IMG/VR virus record: IMGVR_UViG_3300043436_000341
Coordinates: 1-27,876 of that record
Strand: one strand, 5' to 3'
Origin: a virus
Lineage: Duplodnaviria > Caudoviricetes
Length of the DNA: 27,876 nucleotides
The notes beneath the pieces are model-generated. The model searched no databases. It saw only the letters and a program-made list of their open reading frames with translations, and had not been told where the DNA came from. Shown piece by piece: positions 6,854 through 14,386 of the stretch. Positions within the stretch are counted from its first letter, which is position 1. Every line of letters starts with the position of its first letter. The translations under genes and the position numbers were made by a program.

Positions 6854-8883
6854 CGCAAGCGCTTGGCAACGCAAAGAAGGTGAATGGTCAATGGATGGCG
6901 AGCTGTCCTGTAAGCAGTCATGGGCAGGGTAACGGGGACAGGAATCCAAGTCTTTGCGTCAGCGAGACAGACGAAGGCAAGCCGTTGTTTAAGTGCTTTA
7001 GTGGGTGCTCTCAGGAGTCGGTCTTCAATGCTGTGAAGGACTACGGTCTGCTGCCAGACTTTCCCAATCCCACAGACTTCCTCACCCAGATCAAGCCGTT
7101 ACCAAAACAGCAAGAACCTGTGCTTGAACAAGAGTGGCACTACACCGACGAGGATGGCGTAGTCCAGCACATCAAGCAGAGATACAAGACCTTCGACTCC
7201 AAAGGAAAGACATACAAGCAGTACAGGGTGGATGAGAACGGCAGACGGCACGCATCAATGACGGGTGCGAACATCGTCCCGTACAACCTTCCCGAAGTTG
7301 ACTTTGCACGCAAGACTGGCAGAACTGTATTTCTCTGTGAGGGCGAGAAGGCAGCAGACGCTCTCAAGTCTTTAGGTGTGGTGGCAACCTGTACGCACAA
7401 CGGTGCAAGTAACTTCCCCGAAGATGTAGTCAAGCACCTAGTCGGACTGACTATTGCAATAGTCCCTGACAACGATGTCGTCGGCTGGGAGTACGCAAGG
7501 AAAGCAGTTGCAGCTCTCAAGTCGGTTACAAAAAGTATCCGAGTGGTGGACCTTGGACTTGAAGAGATCAAGGAAGACGCATACGAGTTCGTCCATAAGT
7601 ATGGCGGTGACAAGGACAGGCTGGTTGACCTGACAAAAGCCACGCAAGCAATAGCATCTGAACTGGATGTAACGACTCCTGCAAGATTAAATAATTCTGT
7701 TGAGACACCTGTATTGGAAGAGTTGGAGCTGCCACAAGTACCGCTTCAACGCGAAGGATTCAAGCTCGAAGCATGGGACGACATAGAGGACGAACCAGTC
7801 GAGTGGTTAGTGCAAGGAGTAATACCGCAGAAGTCTTTTGTGGCTTTATACGCACCGCCAGCCAGTTTCAAGTCATTCATTGCCTTGGACATTGCGGAGT
7901 GCATTGCCACAGGCAGAGCATTCCTTGGCAACCAGATTACTAGACAAGGTGCAGTCCTGTACATCGCAGGGGAAGGACATGGCGGTATCGGGTCACGGAT
8001 CAAGGCGCTCAAGACGCATCACAACACACCAGAGAACACACCAGTCTATTTCCTGCGCAGACAAGTCAACCTTCGGTCAAGTAAGACAGACCTGCAAGAC
8101 TTGGTGCAAGCCATTGACGACTTGAAGGCGATCCACGACATCAACTTCGAGCTGATCATCATCGACACATTGGCTAGAGCGTTTGGCGGTGGCAATGAGA
8201 ACGCATCCGAGGACATGGGTGCATTCATTACGGCTGCTGGCGCTATACAAGGCAGATATGAGTGCGGACTGCTGGTAGTTCACCACGCTGGTAAGGACGC
8301 AACCAAAGGACTCAGGGGACACAGCTCATTACTCGGAGCAGTAGACACCGAGCTAGAGATCATCAGGATCGAAGGCGCTCAACCGCCAAAAGGAATACTC
8401 CACATCTCCAAGCAAAAGGACGGGGAAGACGGGCAGAGGATCGGATTCAAGATGGTCGAGGTCACGACTGGATCAAGTGGAATCGTGGACTTTGAAGGCG
8501 CGTCTAGTCTGGCGGTTGAACCAGATGAAGAGATGGATACCGAAAGAAAGTCAATCAAACCGCCAGATAAGACAGGTAAGGGCATGAATCAGCGACTCGC
8601 TTTGAACTGTCTGCACGACTCAATTAAGAAGTTTGGCGAGATGAAGGTGATCGATGACAAACGCAATAAGTGCATAAAGCTAGACCTTTGGAGGGACGAA
8701 TTCAAGGCTCGGATGGGCAGCGATGTGCAGTTGGCGAGCTTCAACAAGGCATGGTATCGCGTCAAAGCAGACCTTGTTGATTTTAAGAAAGTAGTAATTT
8801 ATGGTGATATGTGCTGGGCGGTTTATGCGGAAGATGACGACGCAAAAACAGCCAATTCGGTGGTCGTATCGATCAAGAAATGA
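6835..8883 (+). CDS. primase-helicase (Zn-binding domain + TOPRIM + AAA_25/RepA-like helicase)
   Basis: CPVSSH...CFSGC zinc site; CEGEKAAD and PDND TOPRIM motifs; Walker A YAPPASFKS, Walker B LIIIDT, VVHHAGKD..RGHSSL. Start moved to ATG 6835 (AAGGA SD). Confidence 0.92.
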   Translation: MQAEQIAQALGNAKKVNGQWMASCPVSSHGQGNGDRNPSLCVSETDEGKPLFKCFSGCSQESVFNAVKDYGLLPDFPNPTDFLTQIKPLPKQQEPVLEQEWHYTDEDGVVQHIKQRYKTFDSKGKTYKQYRVDENGRRHASMTGANIVPYNLPEVDFARKTGRTVFLCEGEKAADALKSLGVVATCTHNGASNFPEDVVKHLVGLTIAIVPDNDVVGWEYARKAVAALKSVTKSIRVVDLGLEEIKEDAYEFVHKYGGDKDRLVDLTKATQAIASELDVTTPARLNNSVETPVLEELELPQVPLQREGFKLEAWDDIEDEPVEWLVQGVIPQKSFVALYAPPASFKSFIALDIAECIATGRAFLGNQITRQGAVLYIAGEGHGGIGSRIKALKTHHNTPENTPVYFLRRQVNLRSSKTDLQDLVQAIDDLKAIHDINFELIIIDTLARAFGGGNENASEDMGAFITAAGAIQGRYECGLLVVHHAGKDATKGLRGHSSLLGAVDTELEIIRIEGAQPPKGILHISKQKDGEDGQRIGFKMVEVTTGSSGIVDFEGASSLAVEPDEEMDTERKSIKPPDKTGKGMNQRLALNCLHDSIKKFGEMKVIDDKRNKCIKLDLWRDEFKARMGSDVQLASFNKAWYRVKADLVDFKKVVIYGDMCWAVYAEDDDAKTANSVVVSIKK

Positions 8884-8885
8884 TG

Positions 8886-8998
8886 ATGGACAAATGGACA
8901 AATGGAGGACAAACGATGGACAGCGAAAAATCCATTTGTCTATGCCAAAACGATGGACAGATGGATGGTGTGTGTATGTATACACACCATCTGTCCAT
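8886..8998. repeat. ATGGACA iteron cluster with terminal hairpin; candidate replication origin
   Basis: ATGGACA at 8886, 8894, 8916 and 8953; inverted copies at 8931-8943 and 8992-8998; perfect 12-bp inverted repeat 8953-8964/8987-8998. Confidence 0.75.
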
Positions 8999-9044
8999 TG
9001 TGGCAATGCGTCCGATTTGGAAAAGTTAAAAAAAGGAGAAGGTA

Positions 9045-9734
9045 ATGGTTAAGAAGAGTTTGAGTAAAGCACTTGGTGGTCTAAAACAGCCAGATTTCCC
9101 TATGAATACTTTCGAGGTATTTATGAATTCGAGGTTAGTTGAGCTGTCTGTGGTGAAGAGGGAGCACGAAAAGCGTTGGGGTATCAATCGCTTGATCGAG
9201 TTGGTGGACTCAGAGTTTCGGATCAAGGTATGGCGACAGGCTGAGAGAGTGTTCGAGGCTTCGGTGTCCAGAGATGAGGTGAAGTTGGATCGAGCTGTCG
9301 GTGGGATGGTCAAGGCTTATGCAGCGTTGGAGACTTGGGCGGTCGAGAACGGTGTGCCTGAGATGCCAGCGATAGTTGCAGTCGAGCATGAGATGCAAGA
9401 CGGGTCGGTGATGGTGGTGGTTGGGAATCATCACGACGCGACGCTTTACCAGCAGTTCAGACCAGATGTCCAGAACAGACACATCTGGACGATGGAGGAG
9501 CTGGAGTTGATCATGGAGTCACCAGTCATCAAGGACACGATGAAAGTCAAGGCTTTGATGCCTTGTGCAGCAATGGTCAGACTGGACAAGGATGCGAAGG
9601 AGTTTCCGATGGGTGGTGCGACAGGCTTTGATGATGTCAAGTCGGACGAGCTGGAGGCTTCGTCGTTGCCAAAGGTGTTCGATACCAGCAAGATGCGTAA
9701 AAATACGGCTAACAGGGCTTTGGAGGAGATTTAG
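9045..9734 (+). CDS. hypothetical phage protein (229 aa)
   Basis: Strong AGGAG/AAGG SD; long ORF. Confidence 0.8.
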   Translation: MVKKSLSKALGGLKQPDFPMNTFEVFMNSRLVELSVVKREHEKRWGINRLIELVDSEFRIKVWRQAERVFEASVSRDEVKLDRAVGGMVKAYAALETWAVENGVPEMPAIVAVEHEMQDGSVMVVVGNHHDATLYQQFRPDVQNRHIWTMEELELIMESPVIKDTMKVKALMPCAAMVRLDKDAKEFPMGGATGFDDVKSDELEASSLPKVFDTSKMRKNTANRALEEI

Positions 9735-9791
9735 ATGCGGGTTGATACTTTGTGGTGGGTAACGGGTTCTGATCGCTTGGAGGGCTTTTAA

Positions 9792-10232
9792 ATGGCTGGA
9801 AGACCAAAACGAAAAGCAGACATGGCAACGCTTGACTTGATGCCACGCGAACACATCGTCTCAATGCTTGAGGCTGGACAACCGATTGCACGCATCTGTT
9901 ACGCGCTCGGTGTTGGGCGTGTTGCACTTGAAGAATGGTTGAATTCACCCGATAATGAAGGTCTTGCCTCGCGTGCGCGTGCGAAGGCAGCAGATGACAT
10001 GGTCGCTGAAAGCATCCTGATCGCTGACGAAACCGAGGTGGAAGAGGTGCAGAAGGCGCGTCTGCGCGTCCAGACGAGGCAATGGGTAGCAGAGCGCTGG
10101 AATCCTGCCTCATACGCCCAAAACAAGATGCCTAGCGTGCAAGTGAACCTGTCTGGGATGCGACTGGACGCATTGCGACGCATTGAGGTGGTCGAGGACA
10201 TATCCACAGAAAACAGCGCGAAGTTGTCCTAG
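9792..10232 (+). CDS. terS: terminase small subunit
   Basis: MAGRPK start, HTH (IARICYALGVGRVALEEWL) and ARLRVQTRQWVAERWNP..Y segment typical of Sf6-like TerS; upstream of terL. Confidence 0.85.
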   Translation: MAGRPKRKADMATLDLMPREHIVSMLEAGQPIARICYALGVGRVALEEWLNSPDNEGLASRARAKAADDMVAESILIADETEVEEVQKARLRVQTRQWVAERWNPASYAQNKMPSVQVNLSGMRLDALRRIEVVEDISTENSAKLS

Positions 10233-10296
10233 TTGTCCACAGTTGTGTGGAAACTGGCAGAGTTATCCACATTTATGCTTACAAACCTGTGGATAA
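10200..10296. promoter_or_regulatory. cluster of DnaA boxes
   Basis: Perfect TTATCCACA (10263-10271) and TGTGGATAA (10288-10296); near matches ATATCCACA (10200), TTGTCCACA (10233) and TGTGGAAAC (10246). Confidence 0.75.
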
Positions 10297-10306
10297 CAGC
10301 AAAATA

Positions 10307-10334
10307 ACTTTACATAATGAACATAGTGTAAAGT
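10307..10334. other. dif-like (Xer-type) recombination site
   Basis: ACTTTACATAA-TGAACA-TAGTGTAAAGT has 11-6-11 geometry; the left arm matches the reverse complement of the E. coli XerD arm (ATTTAACATAA) at 9/11. Confidence 0.55.
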
Positions 10335-10569
10335 AGGAAAATACGACGATATGCGAATGTGTAGGATTCATGCTCTCTTCTAGGAGAGTGGTCACTCACT
10401 AACCGATTCTGCCTGACTGATTAGGGTTTACCCCCCCCTTCGATCTGCGCGACGGGGCGGGCTGAAACTGCACCCCGACAGATACCGAACCCACACCCCC
10501 CCCCACTACCCCTCCCCACAGCACCACACCCCCACAAAAAAATAAAAAAAATCAAGGCACAATCCTGAC

Positions 10570-12069
10570 ATGACGACAGAATCAACTGCACCAGAAAAAA
10601 AGAAACTACACCCCGATGTGGTGGCAAAGATAGACCGCATCCAAGACAAGAGGGAAGACGAACTCAACAATAATCCCTTTGTTGCGTTCACCATACGCTA
10701 CAAGAACAACCCCGTGCTCTTCGTCAGGGAAGTCTTAAAAGCAAACCCCGACACTTGGCAAGAGACCTTCCTAACGCACATCGCAAAGGGCAACCGACGC
10801 ATCTCTGTCAGATCAGGTCATGGCGTAGGAAAGTCCACAGCAGCGAGCTGGGCGATCATCTGGTACTTACTGCTCAGATACCCCGTCAAGGTGGTGGTCA
10901 CCGCACCAACATCAAGCCAACTCTACGACGCACTCTTTGCGGAACTAAAGCGCTGGGTGAAGGAACTGCCTGAGACTTTGCGGGATATGCTCGAAGTCAA
11001 GCAAGACAGGATCGAGGTTAAGGAGGCAGCGACAGAGGCTTTCGTCTCCGCAAGGACATCGAGGGCAGAGCAGCCCGAAGCCCTACAAGGTGTCCACTCA
11101 GAGAATGTGATGCTGGTGGCTGACGAGGCATCTGGCATCCCAGAGGCTGTCTTTGAGGCTGCTGCTGGCTCAATGTCTGGACACAATGCCGTCACCCTTC
11201 TGCTGGGCAACCCTGTACGCTCTAGCGGATTCTTCTACGACACCCAGAACCGACTGGCGAACGACTGGGTGACGATGAAGGTCTCTTGCGTTGACTCTCC
11301 AAGGGTCTCAGACGCATATGTCGAAGAGATGAAGTCGCGGTATGGTGAGGAATCCAACGCTTACAGGATCAGGGTACTAGGCGAGTTTCCAAGGTCAGAC
11401 GACGACACCATCATCCCGATGGAACTCTTGGAGTTGGCAAAGCACAGGGATGTCGAGACAAGCCAGCACGCCAAACTGATCTGGGGTCTGGATGTCGCAC
11501 GCTTTGGTGGCGACAGGTCTGCACTCTCGAAGAGACAAGGCAACGCATTGATCGAACCCACAAAGACTTGGAAAAACCTAGACTTGATGCAACTCACAGG
11601 AGCAGTCGTCGCGGAGTGGGAAGCATTACCGCCAAGCCAGAGACCACATGAGATCATGGTGGACTCTATTGGTCTTGGTGCTGGTGTCGTTGACCGTCTT
11701 AGAGAACTAGGTCTTCCCGCTAGAGGCATCAATGTCTCAGAGTCTCCAGCGATGGGTACGACTTACAGGAATCTAAGGGCAGAGCTTTGGTACAAGGCAA
11801 AGGCGTGGTTTGAGGCGCGTGACTGCCGTATCCCCAATGACGAGGAGCTGGTGGCTGAACTGGCGACTGTCAGGTACTTCTTTAGCAGCGCGGGGAAGAT
11901 GCAGGTAGAGGGCAAGGACGACATTAGAAAGCGTGGCTTGAAGTCCCCCGACAAGGCAGACAGCTTTGTGTTGACCTTTGCGAGTGACGCTGCCGTCTCG
12001 ATGTTTGGTGCGAATACAAGCCAGAAGTGGTCGCAACCGTTGAAAAGAAACCTGTCAAGGGTTGCATAA
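10570..12069 (+). CDS. terL: terminase large subunit
   Basis: Walker A SGHGVGKS, Walker B MLVADEASG, LLGNP coupling motif, nuclease domain WGLDVARFGGD...SPDKADS. Confidence 0.96.
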   Translation: MTTESTAPEKKKLHPDVVAKIDRIQDKREDELNNNPFVAFTIRYKNNPVLFVREVLKANPDTWQETFLTHIAKGNRRISVRSGHGVGKSTAASWAIIWYLLLRYPVKVVVTAPTSSQLYDALFAELKRWVKELPETLRDMLEVKQDRIEVKEAATEAFVSARTSRAEQPEALQGVHSENVMLVADEASGIPEAVFEAAAGSMSGHNAVTLLLGNPVRSSGFFYDTQNRLANDWVTMKVSCVDSPRVSDAYVEEMKSRYGEESNAYRIRVLGEFPRSDDDTIIPMELLELAKHRDVETSQHAKLIWGLDVARFGGDRSALSKRQGNALIEPTKTWKNLDLMQLTGAVVAEWEALPPSQRPHEIMVDSIGLGAGVVDRLRELGLPARGINVSESPAMGTTYRNLRAELWYKAKAWFEARDCRIPNDEELVAELATVRYFFSSAGKMQVEGKDDIRKRGLKSPDKADSFVLTFASDAAVSMFGANTSQKWSQPLKRNLSRVA

Positions 12070-12100
12070 TTCGGGTATCCAAATTCAAGGAGTCATTGAC

Positions 12101-12271
12101 ATGATGAAGAAGACAAAGACAGAGAAGAAAATCTCTAGCGCTTATAAAGAATTTAAGGCTGGCAAGATGCATAGCGGATCGAAGTCTGGACCAGTCGTCA
12201 AGAGCAAGGCTCAAGGTTTGGCTATTGCCTTGTCCTCTGCTGGCGTGAAGCCTAAGAAGGGAATGAAATAA
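12101..12271 (+). CDS. small Lys-rich protein (DUF6496-like)
   Basis: EFKAGKMHSGSKSGPVVKSKAQGLAIALSSAG; the AAGGAG SD supports a start at 12101 rather than 12062. Confidence 0.75.
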   Translation: MMKKTKTEKKISSAYKEFKAGKMHSGSKSGPVVKSKAQGLAIALSSAGVKPKKGMK

Positions 12272-12747
12272 TGGCAACCTCATACCCCAAGAGCTTACAA
12301 GGTGCGATGGATCAGATGATGTCCGACAGCGACACCAGCGAGTGTCCAGCACCCACGCAAGACATCACCCTTAATCTGAAGAACCGCGCCAAGGCGATCA
12401 CGGCTGCGAAGTACGGTCCAGAGAACCCAGATTTACCTAACGAGGCTTACTGGAAGCGCATGGCTGATGAGTGGGATGTGTCTACCGAAGACGCAAAGAA
12501 AAGCCGTTGCGGTAACTGCGCAGCGTTCAATGTCTCAGAAGACATCAAGCAATGTATCGCTGACGGCATCGGAAATGAAGCAGACCCGTGGGGGACTATT
12601 GAACTGGCTGACCTCGGCTACTGCCAGATTTTTGATTTTAAATGTGCGTCTAATCGTAGCTGTAGGGCATGGATTGTCGGTGGTCCGAATACTGGTGAAG
12701 CCAAGGACGAGGACATGGAAGAGGACGAGATGGAGGACGAGGAATGA
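12271..12747 (+). CDS. hypothetical Cys-rich protein with acidic tail
   Basis: CGNC...GYC...FKC...SC..W pattern (possible metal/Fe-S site); tail EDMEEDEMEDEE. Confidence 0.78.
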   Translation: MATSYPKSLQGAMDQMMSDSDTSECPAPTQDITLNLKNRAKAITAAKYGPENPDLPNEAYWKRMADEWDVSTEDAKKSRCGNCAAFNVSEDIKQCIADGIGNEADPWGTIELADLGYCQIFDFKCASNRSCRAWIVGGPNTGEAKDEDMEEDEMEDEE

Positions 12748-12902
12748 AGACTGGACTCTACGAGAATATTCGCGCAAAGAGAGCACGCATCGCTGCTGGC
12801 TCTGGCGAGAAGATGAACAAGGTCGGCTCTAAGGCAGCACCGTCTGCTGCCGACTTTAAGGCTGCTGCCAAGACAGCCAAGAAGCCGAAGGCTAAGAAGT
12901 GA
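12744..12902 (+). CDS. small Lys/Ala-rich basic protein (52 aa)
   Basis: Manual translation: MKTGLYENIRAKRARIAAGSGEKMNKVGSKAAPSAADFKAAAKTAKKPKAKK; ATGA and GTGA overlaps on the two sides. Confidence 0.8.
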   Translation: MKTGLYENIRAKRARIAAGSGEKMNKVGSKAAPSAADFKAAAKTAKKPKAKK

Positions 12903-13192
12903 GTGCAGCATGGCAACGCAAAGAGGGCAAGTCACCAACTGGTGGCTTGAACGCTAAAGGTCGTGCCTCCGCGAAAGCCGAAGGCATGACCTTGAAGCCT
13001 CCCGTCAAGTCAGGCGACAACCCCAGACGCGCCAGCTTTTTGGCTCGCATGGCGGGGAATGCTGGAGCTGAGTACAAGGACGGTGAAAAGACCCGTCTTC
13101 TCTTGAGTCTCAACGCATGGGGTGCGTCCAGCAAGGCAGATGCCAAGGCAAAAGCCAAGGCGATCACCGCAAGGAATAAGGCTAAGAAGTGA
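12899..13192 (+). CDS. small basic phage protein (DUF6321-like)
   Basis: AWQRKEGKSPTGGLNAKGRAS...RRASFLARM; coupled on both sides. Family name is from recall. Confidence 0.75.
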   Translation: MSAAWQRKEGKSPTGGLNAKGRASAKAEGMTLKPPVKSGDNPRRASFLARMAGNAGAEYKDGEKTRLLLSLNAWGASSKADAKAKAKAITARNKAKK

Positions 13193-13878
13193 TCCCCATC
13201 TGCATATCGACTGTCAACGGCAAGGGATTGCCAGTCCTACTCGAATCCATCAAGCAATACGCACCAGAGGCGTTTGTTTACTTGCGTGGCACAGAGAGAG
13301 TCGTCTCTGGCTACAAGAACGCAAGGCTAATCTTTGGTGAACCCCGTAACTTTGGCGACGATTACAACGAAGTAATCGACGACGCTCTGAAGTACGCACA
13401 GGCGTGCATCGTCTGCAATGACGATGTAGTCCTGACACCGACAAGTTACCAGCGACTCTTGGAAGATGTCGAAGTGATCCGCGAGCTGGAGGTCAATGTC
13501 GGCTGGGTTGGCGCAAGAAGTGACTATGTGAGACCAGCTCAAAACATTCGCTACAACCCCGATGGCGATCACCTAGAGATGTGCAGGTTCAAGTCTGAGC
13601 AGTTCATTCGCCATGCCAGCGCCATCGCACCGATCTTTGCATACATAAGCAGAGACGCATGGCATCACGGCAGATTTCCTCCGATCAACTGGTTTTCTGA
13701 CGATGTGAGCTGCGCAGACCTCAGTAATCAGGGCTACGAGCACTTTGTCTCTAGCGCGTATGTCCATCATGTCGGCAGCCAGACAACTGGCGACAACTCA
13801 AAACAACTAACTGCCGAGGCAATGCCTTGGGTAAAAGAGCACCGCCCCCAGTATGTCAAACGATTCTTTGGTACTTAA
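13189..13878 (+). CDS. GT2-like (GT-A fold) glycosyltransferase
   Basis: IVCNDDVVL (DxD-like), WFSDD and YVHHVGSQT motifs. Confidence 0.8.
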   Translation: MIPICISTVNGKGLPVLLESIKQYAPEAFVYLRGTERVVSGYKNARLIFGEPRNFGDDYNEVIDDALKYAQACIVCNDDVVLTPTSYQRLLEDVEVIRELEVNVGWVGARSDYVRPAQNIRYNPDGDHLEMCRFKSEQFIRHASAIAPIFAYISRDAWHHGRFPPINWFSDDVSCADLSNQGYEHFVSSAYVHHVGSQTTGDNSKQLTAEAMPWVKEHRPQYVKRFFGT

Positions 13879-14386
13879 CTTAGGCTCTGGAAAAGATTTC
13901 AGAGACGACTGCATCAACGCAGATATACAACTGCGCGTCAAGCACGACTGGTTACTCGACATCTGCAATGTGCCTTGGGGCGACGCGATTTCCACAAGGC
14001 TCGGAGACTTCGAGGTGCAGCCAGAGATGTTTGACGCAATACTGGCGAATGATGTGCTTGAGCACCTGCCCGATCTGGTCGGTGCAATGACGAGCTGTAA
14101 GAAGTTATTGAAAACTGGTGGCGAGATGCGCATCCATGTGCCTTATGACTTGAGCTATGGCGCGTGGCAAGACCCGACTCACCTGAGAGCGTTTAACGAG
14201 AAGTCGTGGCTTTATTACACCGACTGGCATTGGTATCTTGGTTGGGAAGATCGGTTTTATGTGACCCACTTGGAATTTAGGTTAAATCCCATCGCACAAG
14301 ACCTAAAATTGACGCAAGAAGAATTACTTAGGACTCCGCGAGCTGTGGACTCCATGTTTGTCGTATTGACTAAGGGTACAAAATGA
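13853..14386 (+). CDS. class I SAM-dependent methyltransferase
   Basis: LNLGSGK motif I, INADI, DVLEHL, LKTGG and AWQDPTH. Confidence 0.88.
   Translation: MSNDSLVLNLGSGKDFRDDCINADIQLRVKHDWLLDICNVPWGDAISTRLGDFEVQPEMFDAILANDVLEHLPDLVGAMTSCKKLLKTGGEMRIHVPYDLSYGAWQDPTHLRAFNEKSWLYYTDWHWYLGWEDRFYVTHLEFRLNPIAQDLKLTQEELLRTPRAVDSMFVVLTKGTK

Noticed and set aside
8886-8998. Short repeats as a CRISPR array
   Set aside because: Units are 7-8 bp, irregularly spaced and in both orientations, with no spacers.
13853-14386. Methyltransferase as a DNA methyltransferase of a restriction-modification system
   Set aside because: No DPPY/NPPY or PC catalytic motif; short small-molecule/sugar-type fold; no partner restriction enzyme.
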